Positions 48,154-57,711 of a stretch of DNA of 64,000 nucleotides are shown piece after piece. Source of the DNA: Candidatus Sumerlaeia bacterium (GTDB lineage: Bacteria > Sumerlaeota > Sumerlaeia > MVZB01); the NCBI GenBank assembly GCA_039683515.1, contig JBDKRG010000011.1, forward strand, positions 14,328 to 78,327. The letters run 5' to 3'. Under the pieces are notes generated by a model, which was given only the letters and a program-made list of their open reading frames with translations, was not told where the DNA came from and ran no database searches. Within the stretch, counting starts at the first letter, position 1. Every line of letters starts with the position of its first letter. Position numbers and translations under genes: made by a program.

Positions 48154-48240
48154 GAGGACGAAGTTTGTTGGCTCGGGCGGAATTAGTCAAGTCCCTGCTT
48201 AGCGGTGCGTGTCCGTGCCCCGTCCGTGTTTGTCCGTGTA

Positions 48241-48270
48241 CAACAAAAATCCCAGGGCGTTGACCCTGGG
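48241..48270 (-). terminator. Rho-independent terminator of the IclR regulator gene
   Basis: Minus strand: CCCAGGG-tcaacg-CCCTGGG followed by ATTTTTGTTG. Confidence 0.7.
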
Positions 48271-48314
48271 ATTGAATTGTTTCCCTCAGCACTCAGGACT
48301 CAGGACGATTCTTC

Positions 48315-49121
48315 TCACTTCGCGATCGGAACGACGTTGCTTTCGGTGAGGCCGAAGTGTTCGCGCGAGAGTTCCTGGGTGACGCTGCGGAGGAACGTGC
48401 CGATTTCGATGAGCTTGGCCGGGGTGTTGCGGGCGGTCGGGCCCGTGACGCTCATGCCGGCCAGGCAGCGGCCCTGGCCGTTGAGGATCGGCGCGGCCAC
48501 GCAGCTGACGCCGATGATGTTTTCCTCGTGGTCCTCGCTGAAGCCGCGCAGGCGGATCGAATCGAGCTCCTCCATGAGGCGGGCCTTGTCGGTGATCGTG
48601 TTGGCCGTCAGGGGCTTCAGCTCGACCTTGTCGAGCATCTCCTCGCGCTGCTCGTCGGTCATGTAGGCCAGGATGACCTTGCCGACGCCCGAGCAGTAGA
48701 TCGCCTGCTGGCGGTTGGGGATCTCGAACAGGCGCAGCGGGTGCCACCCCTCCATGATGGACAGGTAAACCAGTTCCTTGCCCTGGATGCGGGCCAGGTT
48801 CACGGTCTCTCCGAACTGCGAGAGCACACGCTCCATATATGGATGCGCAATGCGCACGACATCCTGCCGTGCCTCGGTGATGCGCCCCAGCTCGATGAAC
48901 TTGGTTCCCAATTCATACCGGTTGGTCCGCTCGTCCTTGCGCAGGTAGCCGAGCTTGTCCAACGAGCACAGGATGCGGTACAACGACACGCGCGAGATGC
49001 GCGGGTACCGCTCGACGAGCTCCATGTAGGTTAACCCACGCGGCCGCTCGCGGAAGACCTCCAGAACCTCGAAGGTCTTCATGATCATCGGAACGAGGTT
49101 TTTCTCAAGTCTCTGATTCAT
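48315..49121 (-). CDS. IclR family transcriptional regulator
   Basis: An N-terminal wHTH is followed by an IclR effector domain (GVSCVAAPILNGQGRCLAGMSVTGP). Confidence 0.85.
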   Translation of the reverse strand: MNQRLEKNLVPMIMKTFEVLEVFRERPRGLTYMELVERYPRISRVSLYRILCSLDKLGYLRKDERTNRYELGTKFIELGRITEARQDVVRIAHPYMERVLSQFGETVNLARIQGKELVYLSIMEGWHPLRLFEIPNRQQAIYCSGVGKVILAYMTDEQREEMLDKVELKPLTANTITDKARLMEELDSIRLRGFSEDHEENIIGVSCVAAPILNGQGRCLAGMSVTGPTARNTPAKLIEIGTFLRSVTQELSREHFGLTESNVVPIAK

Positions 49122-49314
49122 AGTCCCGACCCAACTTCGATGGAATTGTAAACGAATTCCCCAAATGAAAACTGTGACTATAGTGCATCTTCAGATCCGG
49201 AGTGTAAAGTCAAAATATGCAAAAAAAGATTAAAATATATAGCGCTGAGCGGTGGCCATTTGCTTGACTTTTCAGAGATAAAGGTTTTTAATCCGGTGGT
49301 CATGACTTTCGTGG

Positions 49315-50043
49315 GTGAAAGTGCATATTCAATATACTCAGGAAGGCAACACAGCCATGGTTGAACCCAAACGAACCCTCGCCGGCGTCGATGAACTGGA
49401 GGCTTTCAAGAAAATCTCCGCGACGCTCTATGCGGGCGCAATTTCCGACATTATGGATGAGATGGGCTTCCGCCACCAGGCGATCGACCCGACGCTGGGC
49501 ATCCGGGCCCTGCATCCGTCGATGGTGGCCATCGGCCGCGCCTTGACGTTCCAGAACGGGCTCTCCACGCGCATGGATGAACCCTACGAAAAGGCGATCG
49601 AGGGGCTCGACAGCATGCAGCCGGGCCAGCTCACCATCGCCGGCGGCTACGCCCCGGTCGAGGGGATCATGGGCGAGCTGAGCGCCACGGCCATCCGCAA
49701 GCGCGGCGGCGTGGGGGCGGTGGTCAATGGTTTCACCCGCGACGGCCGCAAGCTGCTCGACATGAAGTTCCCGGTCTTCGCCAAGGGGATCTCGCCGATC
49801 GACACGACCGGCCGGATCCGGGTGGTCGACTACAACGTCCCGCTCCAGTTCGGCCACATCGCGATCAAGCCGGGCCAGATCGTTTTCGCCGACTACGACG
49901 GGATCCTGGTCATCCCGACCGAGGCCGAGGACGAGATCATCGCCAAGGCGCTGGAGCGCGCCGAGGTCGAGACGAAGGTCCGCGAGGCCCTCGCCGCCGG
50001 CGAGAGCATGGATACAGTGTGGAAACGTTACCACGTTCTTTGA
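49315..50043 (+). CDS. RraA family protein (RraA-like/4-hydroxy-4-methyl-2-oxoglutarate aldolase family)
   Basis: GDVLV-like core and GAVVNGFTRDGRKL. The start may be the internal MVEPKRT. Confidence 0.8.
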   Translation: MKVHIQYTQEGNTAMVEPKRTLAGVDELEAFKKISATLYAGAISDIMDEMGFRHQAIDPTLGIRALHPSMVAIGRALTFQNGLSTRMDEPYEKAIEGLDSMQPGQLTIAGGYAPVEGIMGELSATAIRKRGGVGAVVNGFTRDGRKLLDMKFPVFAKGISPIDTTGRIRVVDYNVPLQFGHIAIKPGQIVFADYDGILVIPTEAEDEIIAKALERAEVETKVREALAAGESMDTVWKRYHVL

Positions 50044-50105
50044 TATGATCGGGCAGCGGCTATTCCGAGGCGAATGACCGAAACGTCCGACAGGAGTTAA
50101 AACAG

Positions 50106-51440
50106 ATGAAAGCTACGATGCAGGAATTGACGCGGAAGACCGCAGTGCCGGGCCCGCGTTCGAAGGCACTCCTTGACGAGTGGAAGAAGTGGGAATCCCA
50201 GGTCACGGGTTTCCAGGCCCCCGTGGTTCTCGATCACGGCAAAGGCGTCATCCTGACCGACGTCGACGGCAACGAGTATTGGGACTGGACCAGCGGCGTG
50301 CTGGTGGCCAATCTCGGCCATAGCCATCCCGATCACGTCGCCGCGATCCAGGCACAGGCCGCGCGCCTCCTGAACTGCTACGATGTTCCGACGGCCGAGC
50401 GCATCAACGCCGCCAAGGCCCTCTGCGGCGTCACGCCGCAGAACCTTGACAAGGCGTTCTTCATGACGACCGGCGCCGAAGCCGTCGAGGCGTGCATCCG
50501 CGTCGCCCGCCGCGCCACCGGCAACTTCGAGATCATCTCCTTCCAGGGCGGCTTCCACGGCCGCACCTACGCGTCGATGAGCGTCGGCGGCCTTTCCGGC
50601 GTCAAAAAGCAGTATGGCCCGCTGATGGCCGGCGTCATCAACGTCCCATACCCGAACCCGTACCGCCCGTTCTGCGGCATCACGAGCGACGAAGCCCTGG
50701 TCGACGCCACGTTCGAGCTGATGGAAAACCAGATCCGCGCCCAGTCCACCGGTTCGCTGGCGGCCGTTCTGATCGAGCCCTACCAGGGCGCCGGCGGCTT
50801 CCTGTTCCCGCCCGAGGGCTTCCTGCCGCGGCTCGAGAAGTGGGCCCGCGACAAGGGCCTGATCTTCATTATCGACGAAGTCCAGGCCAGCTTCGGCCGC
50901 ACGGGCAAGTGGTTCTGCTCGGAGTGGGAAGGCCTCACGCCGCACCTCATGTCGATCGGCAAGGGGATCGGCTCGGGCGTCCCGACCAGCGCCATGGCGG
51001 CCGAGTCGGGCGTCATGGAGTGCATGCACAAGGGCGAGATGAGCTCGACGTGCGGCGGCAACCCGCTCTCCTCGGCGGCCTGCATCGCCGCGATCGACAT
51101 CATCAAGCGCGAAAACCTCGTCGAAAACGCCCGCAAGGTCGGCGAAGTCCTCAAGAGCCGCCTGAAGGGGATCCAGGAAAACAGCAAGTACCTGGGCGAC
51201 GTCCGCGGCCGCGGCCTCGTCATCGGCCTCGAGATCGTCAAGGATCGCAAGACCAAGGAGCCGTCGGCCGACCTGACCAAGAAGATCATCCTGACGGCGG
51301 CCTCGAAGGGCCTGCTGATGGGCCCCGTCGGCGTGTTCGGCAACGTCATCCGCGTCGCCCCGCCGCTGGTCGTCACCGAGGACCAGGCCCACGCCATGGC
51401 GGACATCTTCGCCGACGCGCTGGCCGAGGTCGAGAAGTAG
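50106..51440 (+). CDS. Class III (omega-type) PLP-dependent aminotransferase
   Basis: GGFHGRT, DEVQASFGRTGKWF and the PLP lysine region SIGKGIGSG. Confidence 0.9.
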   Translation: MKATMQELTRKTAVPGPRSKALLDEWKKWESQVTGFQAPVVLDHGKGVILTDVDGNEYWDWTSGVLVANLGHSHPDHVAAIQAQAARLLNCYDVPTAERINAAKALCGVTPQNLDKAFFMTTGAEAVEACIRVARRATGNFEIISFQGGFHGRTYASMSVGGLSGVKKQYGPLMAGVINVPYPNPYRPFCGITSDEALVDATFELMENQIRAQSTGSLAAVLIEPYQGAGGFLFPPEGFLPRLEKWARDKGLIFIIDEVQASFGRTGKWFCSEWEGLTPHLMSIGKGIGSGVPTSAMAAESGVMECMHKGEMSSTCGGNPLSSAACIAAIDIIKRENLVENARKVGEVLKSRLKGIQENSKYLGDVRGRGLVIGLEIVKDRKTKEPSADLTKKIILTAASKGLLMGPVGVFGNVIRVAPPLVVTEDQAHAMADIFADALAEVEK

Positions 51441-51621
51441 TTCGCAGTCCCGCCTTCGGGCGGAATCTGAACATGAAATCAGGCCCGAACGGCCCCCGGG
51501 TCGTCCGGGCCTGATTCGTTCAGACCATTTTCAAAGTGGATGATGCGTTCGATTACGATTACGATTACGAGCACGAGCACGAGCACGACGCTCTACATAC
51601 ATACAGGAGATATCCCTCACC

Positions 51622-52863
51622 ATGACTGTCGACCGCGCGTTGATTCACAAGATCGCCGCCGAAGAGCTTGAGGCCGGCGCCAAATTCCTGATGGACATGA
51701 TCCGCTACCCGTCGACCCCGGGCCAGGAAAACGAGCTGATGCACTTCATCGAGAAGGAAATCAAGCCGCTGGCCGACAAGGTCGAACGCGTCGGGTTCCC
51801 GGCCGATTTCCGCAACGACCCCGAATACTCGTTCCCGATCGAGGGGATCGACTACGAGGGGCGCTTCAACCTGCGCGTGGTCATCGGCGACGACAGCGTC
51901 AAGTCCCCCTCGCTCATCTTCAACGCGCACACCGACGTCGTCCCGGCGTCCGAAAACCAGCCGCGGGCGTTCGACCCCGAGCGCAAGGACGGCGTCATTT
52001 ACGGCCGCGGCGCGTGCGACGACAAAGGGAGCGTGGCCACGCTCTACATGCTGGCGCGCATCCTCAAGCGCCTGCCGGCCAAGCCCAAGGCCAAGATCGT
52101 CCTGCACCTGGTCAACGAGGAGGAAAACGGCGGCAACGGCACGCTCAACATGATCCGCACGGGCGAGAAGGCCGACGCATTCGTCGTCATGGAGCCCACG
52201 CGCGGCCGCCTGATGCCGTCGGTGCGCGGGGCGGTCTGGTTCCGCGTGAAATTCCGCGGCCTCGCCGGCCACGTCGGCAGCGCCGGCAAGACCGTCAGCG
52301 CGCTCAAGCTCGCCGTGGAGGCGATCGAGCTGCTCGAGCAGTTCCACGCCGAGACGCTCGCCGCCAGCCGCGGCATCCAGTTCTTCGACGACTACCCCAA
52401 CCCGATGCCGATCAACTTCGGCCGCCTCAACGCGGGCGTGTGGCCGGCCTCGGCCCCCAACGCGGCCGTCCTCGAGGGCGTCATGGGCCTGCTGCCCAAC
52501 CTCACGCGCGAGCAGATCATGGAGGGCATGGAGCGCACGCTGCGCGAGCGCGGCTCGGAAAAGCTGCGCGACAACTTCAGCTTCGAGTTCATGTACCGCC
52601 ACGACTCGCACGTGACCGACCCGGGCCACAAGGTCGTCAAGACCCTCCAGAAGGCCGTCCAGAACGCCGGCATGTCGGGCGAGCTGACCGGCATGGTCGC
52701 CTCGTGCGACTCCAACTACTACTCGAACTTCCTCAAGATGCCGGGCGTGGTCTTCGGCCCCGGCGACCTGATCGTGGCCCACGGCGCCGACGAGCAGATC
52801 GAAGTCGCCCAGCTGGCGCAGGCCGCCTCGGCCATGGCGCAGCTCGCCTGCGAATGGGAATGA
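51622..52863 (+). CDS. M20 family metallopeptidase/deacylase (ArgE/DapE-like)
   Basis: HTDVV, GACDDKG and NEEENGG metal-binding motifs. Confidence 0.85.
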   Translation: MTVDRALIHKIAAEELEAGAKFLMDMIRYPSTPGQENELMHFIEKEIKPLADKVERVGFPADFRNDPEYSFPIEGIDYEGRFNLRVVIGDDSVKSPSLIFNAHTDVVPASENQPRAFDPERKDGVIYGRGACDDKGSVATLYMLARILKRLPAKPKAKIVLHLVNEEENGGNGTLNMIRTGEKADAFVVMEPTRGRLMPSVRGAVWFRVKFRGLAGHVGSAGKTVSALKLAVEAIELLEQFHAETLAASRGIQFFDDYPNPMPINFGRLNAGVWPASAPNAAVLEGVMGLLPNLTREQIMEGMERTLRERGSEKLRDNFSFEFMYRHDSHVTDPGHKVVKTLQKAVQNAGMSGELTGMVASCDSNYYSNFLKMPGVVFGPGDLIVAHGADEQIEVAQLAQAASAMAQLACEWE

Positions 52864-52898
52864 TGAAAGATGAATGATGAATGATGAATGATGAAAAC

Positions 52899-52925
52899 GG
52901 CCGGGGAAGACCTCCCCGGCTTTTT
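52899..52925 (+). terminator. Rho-independent terminator after the M20 gene
   Basis: GGCCGGGGAagacCTCCCCGGC followed by TTTTT. It is embedded in a GAATGATGA-family repeat. Confidence 0.85.
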
Positions 52926-53001
52926 AAATTTCCTCATTCACCCTTGATTGATCCCCCCGCATCCGATTTAATCGTCCCTAACATGCTAGGGATGGCTGTA
53001 A

Positions 53002-54153
53002 ATGGTTCGTTTGATCGGATTTGCGCACCTTATTCTCCTTCTCGTCGCGCCCGCGATCGCCGCCGGCGCCGCTCCGCAACGCGTTAAAACCAAGCTCGAC
53101 GAAGTCGCGCCTTATCGGCGGTTCGTGTGGGTCACGCGCTGGGATTTCCGCAACGCCGAGGACGTCAAGAAAATCTGCTACAACGCCGCCTCGGCGCGGT
53201 TCACCGACATCCTGTTCCAGGTCCGCGGCGAAGGGACGGTTTTCTACAACAGCTCGCTCGAGCCGTGGGCGTGGGAACTGACCGGCAGCGACGCGTCCTC
53301 CACCGGCGCGGACCCGGGCTGGGATCCGCTCGCCACGGCGATCCGCGAAGGTCACCGCTGGGGTCTGCGCGTCCACGCCTATGTGAACGTCCTGCCCGGC
53401 TGGGCGCAGAAAACCAACCCGCCGCGCTCGAGCGGCCAGCTCATCGTCAAGCACCCGGGCTGGTTCATGGTCGACGCCGACGGCGACCCGATGAGCGCCG
53501 GCTGGTATCGCTTCCTCGACCCGGGCCTGCCCGATGTGCGCGCCCACATCGCCGCGCTCGCGGGCGAAATCGCGCGCAATTATGCCGTCGACGGCATCCA
53601 CCTCGACTACATCCGCTACCCGTTCGAGAAGGGCGAATACTCGTATCGCAAGCCGGTCGTGAATCAATTCAAGAAAACCTACGGCGGCACGCCCGGCCGC
53701 AACCCGTCGAGCTGGAACGAATTCCGGCGGGCGCAGGTCACCGAGACCGTGCGCATGATCTCGGCCGCGGCGCGCAAGGCCCACCCCGGCATCGAGATTT
53801 CCGCCTCGGTCGTCGCCGACCCCGACGACGCGCAGGCGGCCTGCCAGCAGCCCGAACTGTGGCTCGGCAAGGGCTACATCGACGCGGCGGTGCCGATGGC
53901 CTACACCGACGACATGGACCGCTTCAACCGCCTGGCCGGGCGCTTTATTCAAAACGGCAACGCCAAGCACACCTGGGTCGGCATCATCGCCACCCCCGAC
54001 AAGAACAGCCACGTCGCCGAGCAGATCCGCCGCCTGAGCCGGCTCAACGTCGGCGGCATCGCGCTCTTCTGCTACAGCGACCTGTTCTACGACCATCGCC
54101 CGACGACGCGCGCCCGCGCCGTCTACGACATCTTCGTGAGCAAGCGAACGTGA
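53002..54153 (+). CDS. Secreted glycoside-hydrolase-like family 10 protein (GHL10/DUF187, YngK-like)
   Basis: Signal peptide. The DGIHLDYIRYP motif is typical of DUF187. Confidence 0.75.
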   Translation: MVRLIGFAHLILLLVAPAIAAGAAPQRVKTKLDEVAPYRRFVWVTRWDFRNAEDVKKICYNAASARFTDILFQVRGEGTVFYNSSLEPWAWELTGSDASSTGADPGWDPLATAIREGHRWGLRVHAYVNVLPGWAQKTNPPRSSGQLIVKHPGWFMVDADGDPMSAGWYRFLDPGLPDVRAHIAALAGEIARNYAVDGIHLDYIRYPFEKGEYSYRKPVVNQFKKTYGGTPGRNPSSWNEFRRAQVTETVRMISAAARKAHPGIEISASVVADPDDAQAACQQPELWLGKGYIDAAVPMAYTDDMDRFNRLAGRFIQNGNAKHTWVGIIATPDKNSHVAEQIRRLSRLNVGGIALFCYSDLFYDHRPTTRARAVYDIFVSKRT

Positions 54154-55709
54154 CCTATCACCCGGCGGAAAGCTTCTGGGAGTGGCGCGAGCGCATCAAG
54201 CGATTGATGGCCGGCGGCGCGGCGTCGGAGAAAACCGCCGAGAGAAAAAACGATTACCTGCCCGCCCTGGGCGTCGCCCCGCTCAACGAAAAACTCATCC
54301 AGACGATCTGGGCGCAGCAGCTGATCCAGGGCTCCGGCCTGCGCCTCGCCGACGGCCGACCGCTGCGCGTCCTCGACCCGGGCCGCGCCAGCGGCGACGG
54401 GCCGGACTTCCAGGGCGCGCGCCTGCTCGTCGATGACCAATCGGTCGAGGGCGACATCGAAATCCACATCGACGCATCCGGCTGGCAGGCGCACGGCCAC
54501 CACCGCGACCTCGATTACAACCGCGTCGCGCTGCACGTGGTTCTGCATATCGACGACGGCGCGGCGTTCGACCTGGCGCACAACGGCTCGAAAATCCCGC
54601 GCCTCGAAATCGAAAAATACATCTTCCCGGACCTCGACACGCTGCGCCGCTCGCTCACCCCCGACGATTTCGCCTACGCCCAGCCGGCCGAGGCCGGCCG
54701 CTGCCAGACCGTCCTCATGAGCCTGGACCACCTCGTGTTGGCCGACTTCCTCGACCGCGCCGGCGACGAGCGGCTCGTGGCCAAGATGCAGCGGCTTCAG
54801 GAGCAGGCCGCGCAGACCGACATCGAACAGGTGTTCTACCAATCGATGATGATGTCGCTCGGGGGATCGGGATCGGCGAAGACGCTCTATTACCTGCTCG
54901 CCAAACGCACTCCCCTCGCCGAGTTGTCCGATTTCGCCGCCGAGCTGCCCGAGCAGGAGCGCCCGACGGCGATCGAGGCGCTGCTGCTGGCCGTCGCCGG
55001 GCTGCTGCCGAACGCCTTGGAGATGGTCGACGCGCCGGCCGAGTCGATCGAGAGGCGCGACAAGCTCGCCGGATACTGGGAGAAATGGCACTCCTACTGG
55101 TGCGACCGGCTCATCCCGGCCAATCGGCGCTGGTTCCAGGGAATGCGCCCGGTGAATTTCCCGACGCGGCGGCTGGCCGGCGTCGCGGTGATTCTTTCGC
55201 GCGCGATCAATCGCAAGAAATTTCCGCTGGCCGATTTGCTCGGCCACATTCGCGCCGGCCAGGGCGCGCTGGAAGCCTCCGGCCCGCGCAAGAAGCGCCA
55301 CCCGGTCGTCGAGGATCTGGTCGAGTGGTTCCGCGTCGGCGGCGAGGGGCATTTCTGGGGCAATCACTACTCGTTCACGGCCAAGCCGGCCGGCCGCACG
55401 ATGGACCTGATCGGCGAAGGCGCCGCGCTGTCGCTGGTCCTGAACGCGCTCGCCCCGGCGGCGCTCCTTGCGGCGAGAAGAGCGAACGACGAACAGCTCG
55501 AGTCGGCCGTCTGCCGGCTCTACGCGCTGATCCCGCCGCTGCAAAGCAACCACATCACCGAGTTCATGACGAAACGCCTGTTCGGCGACGCCGACTGGGC
55601 GCGCGGCCTGATCAACACCGAGCGCCGCCGCCAGGCCCTTTTCCAAATCTTCCACACCTGCTGCAACGCCGAAGAACGCAACTGCGAGGCGTGCTATTTC
55701 CGGAAGTAG
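54150..55709 (+). CDS. DUF2851-like hypothetical protein (519 aa) with a C-terminal Cys cluster
   Basis: GTG start overlapping the GHL10 stop (GTGA). The track ORF 53127..55709 is an out-of-frame 5' extension. The C-terminus is CCNAEERNCEACYF. Confidence 0.5.
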   Translation: MTYHPAESFWEWRERIKRLMAGGAASEKTAERKNDYLPALGVAPLNEKLIQTIWAQQLIQGSGLRLADGRPLRVLDPGRASGDGPDFQGARLLVDDQSVEGDIEIHIDASGWQAHGHHRDLDYNRVALHVVLHIDDGAAFDLAHNGSKIPRLEIEKYIFPDLDTLRRSLTPDDFAYAQPAEAGRCQTVLMSLDHLVLADFLDRAGDERLVAKMQRLQEQAAQTDIEQVFYQSMMMSLGGSGSAKTLYYLLAKRTPLAELSDFAAELPEQERPTAIEALLLAVAGLLPNALEMVDAPAESIERRDKLAGYWEKWHSYWCDRLIPANRRWFQGMRPVNFPTRRLAGVAVILSRAINRKKFPLADLLGHIRAGQGALEASGPRKKRHPVVEDLVEWFRVGGEGHFWGNHYSFTAKPAGRTMDLIGEGAALSLVLNALAPAALLAARRANDEQLESAVCRLYALIPPLQSNHITEFMTKRLFGDADWARGLINTERRRQALFQIFHTCCNAEERNCEACYFRK

Positions 55710-55718
55710 GTCGCTTCA

Positions 55719-55847
55719 ATGCAGTAGCCCGAGCGTCAGCGAGGGACTCGGCCGATACGCAATCAGAACCGCAAGTTGAAATTCGAAATCTGAACGAATT
55801 GAATTCCACTAAGGCGAAGTCCCTCGCTGACGCTCGGGCTACTGCAT
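55719..55847. mobile_element. MITE-like palindromic element: perfect 30-bp terminal inverted repeats flanking a 69-nt AT-richer loop
   Basis: The left arm is ATGCAGTAGCCCGAGCGTCAGCGAGGGACT (55719-55748). The right arm is its exact reverse complement (55818-55847). The loop contains gaaattcgaaatctgaacgaattgaattcc, related to the AT-rich element family. Confidence 0.7.
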
Positions 55848-55922
55848 GAGTCGGCTCAGAGAGCCGACCTACCAGTTGTGCCCGCCTGCCCCTCATGCTA
55901 GCCTGATCCGGGGAGTGCGTCG

Positions 55923-57164
55923 ATGCTGCATGGGTGGCAATACCTGCGTCCGGAGGATCTCGAGACGATCGCGCGCGGGATCGCCGACGGCGAAGTCCAC
56001 GGCGGGCCGTTCCACATCGAGCTGGACTGGGTCGACGCCTGCAATGCCAAGTGCTTCTTCTGCGCCAGCTCGGCCGTGCACTCGGACAAAACCCTGAGCT
56101 GGGCGCGCGCCCACGAAATTCTCGAGGAGGCGCGCCGCGGCGGCCTGCGCAGCATCCGCCTCGCCGGCGGCGGCGAGCCGCTGCTGCACCCGAACCTCCC
56201 CGACCTGGCCGACTGGCTCGCCGCCAACGACATCGTCCTCGACCAGGTCAACACCAACGGGATCGCGCTGAACGACTCGCGCATCGCCGCGCTCATGGTC
56301 CCGCGGATCGGCGAGGTCCACGTGAGCCTCAACTACAGCGACGCCGAGTCCTACGCCGAGGGGATGCGCCTCCCGGCCCAGGTTTTCGACAAGGTTTGCG
56401 AGGGCATTTCCCGTCTCGACGAGGCGCGGCGGCGCGAAGGCTCGCGGCTCGGCCGGCTCAGCGTCCAGTTCTTCGTCTACAAGCGCACGCTGGGCCAGAT
56501 CGGCCGGATGTATGAGCTCGGCCGCCGGCTCGGCACCGACCGGATCAGTTTCATGGAGCTCTACGGCATCGACCCGGCGCTGCAATATTGCGAGTCGGAC
56601 GTCCCCGCGATCGCCGCGCAAATGCGCGAGATCATGCAGGACGACAACGAAGGGCGAATCGAAAGCCTGCTGTGGTCGCGCGGAGCCGGCCCGGCAATCA
56701 AGGCGATCGAGCGCGAGCTCCGGCCGCAGAAGCGCGAGGAAACGATCGACTTCAACACGCGCTTCTGCTTCATCGCGTGGTATTCGATGACGGTGATCGG
56801 GAGCGAGGCGGTCTACCCGTGCTGCTTCTTCTTCGACGAGCCGAAGGGGCTGGACGACCTGAACGGCAAATCGCTGGACGAGGTCTGGCGCGGGCCGCAT
56901 TACCGGCGGATGCGCGAGGAATTCCGGCGGTGGTTCCTGACCGGGATCCGCGTCCCGATGTTCAGCCGCCGCCACCGGCACATGAAGCTCGCCTGCGCCA
57001 GCCACAGCGCCTGCCCGCTGACGATCTCCCTGGCCGACGAATCGTTTTACGCCATGGTGAACGAACGGCTTGAAAAAGAGCGCGGAAAAATCGGCACGCG
57101 GATCAAGGTTATCCCCGAAAAGCTCGGCCGGACGATCCTCGACGCCCTCCGCCGCGGGAAATAA
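55923..57164 (+). CDS. Radical SAM/SPASM-domain protein (maturase-like), substrate unknown
   Basis: The N-terminal CX3CX2C is DACNAKCFFC. A C-terminal Cys-rich SPASM-like region is present (YPCCFFFDEP...CASHSACP). Confidence 0.85.
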   Translation: MLHGWQYLRPEDLETIARGIADGEVHGGPFHIELDWVDACNAKCFFCASSAVHSDKTLSWARAHEILEEARRGGLRSIRLAGGGEPLLHPNLPDLADWLAANDIVLDQVNTNGIALNDSRIAALMVPRIGEVHVSLNYSDAESYAEGMRLPAQVFDKVCEGISRLDEARRREGSRLGRLSVQFFVYKRTLGQIGRMYELGRRLGTDRISFMELYGIDPALQYCESDVPAIAAQMREIMQDDNEGRIESLLWSRGAGPAIKAIERELRPQKREETIDFNTRFCFIAWYSMTVIGSEAVYPCCFFFDEPKGLDDLNGKSLDEVWRGPHYRRMREEFRRWFLTGIRVPMFSRRHRHMKLACASHSACPLTISLADESFYAMVNERLEKERGKIGTRIKVIPEKLGRTILDALRRGK

Positions 57165-57179
57165 CGGCTCCATTCGATC

Positions 57180-57295
57180 TCGCGCAGCGATCGCAGAGAA
57201 ACAGAGACCATCGAATTTTGCTATCTGTTTATTCCTGTCTTCAAAAATTCCTCAGCATCTCTGCCTAACTCTGCTCCTCTGCGGCAAGAATCAGT
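57180..57295. repeat. Solo copy of the GCAGAG...CTCTGC hairpin family, directly after the radical SAM gene
   Basis: gcgatcgcagagaaacagagaccatcgaattttgctatctgtttattcctgtcttcaaaaattcctcagcatctctgcctaactctgctcctctgcggc. Compare the units at 17159-17455. Confidence 0.6.
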
Positions 57296-57331
57296 TTGTG
57301 GCTGCCGCTCCGAGCCGAAGCGGCCTGCCGG

Positions 57332-57679
57332 CTATGCGCAGCGTTCGGCGTCGACCGGCTGCAGGTTCATCATGTATTCGAGTTCCTCGACCGCCACGCG
57401 GAACTGAACGAGGCGGTTCCAGCGCCGGCCGTGCGGCGTGGCGTCGATCGTGACGCTCAAGTCGGCCAGCCGAGGGAACAGCCCGCGCAACCGGCGGCCC
57501 AGCTCGGCCGTCTCGTCATGGAAATATTGGCCGAGGCGGCGATGCCGGCGCAGGCCGATCCAGTGGAACGACAGGATGACCTGCCCCCCCTCCTCGCGCA
57601 CGGACAAGTTCGAAATGACGATTTTCTGGCGGTGCAAGGCGGCGGTTACGATGTATTCCTGGTCACATGGATTTTCCAT
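57332..57679 (-). CDS. Hypothetical protein (115 aa) co-transcribed with the stand-alone response regulator
   Basis: Start at MENPCDQEYIV. The upstream part of the track ORF is an Arg/Pro-rich shadow. No family recognised. Confidence 0.4.
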   Translation of the reverse strand: MENPCDQEYIVTAALHRQKIVISNLSVREEGGQVILSFHWIGLRRHRRLGQYFHDETAELGRRLRGLFPRLADLSVTIDATPHGRRWNRLVQFRVAVEELEYMMNLQPVDAERCA

Positions 57680-57711
57680 GTCACGCTCCTGTTGGCTTGA
57701 ATTTGGAACGG

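Noticed and set aside
53127-55709. An 860-aa ORF spanning the GHL10 and DUF2851 genes.
   Set aside because: Its N-terminal third is an out-of-frame R/P/G-rich overlay of the GHL10 gene. The DUF2851-like gene starts at the GTG at 54150.
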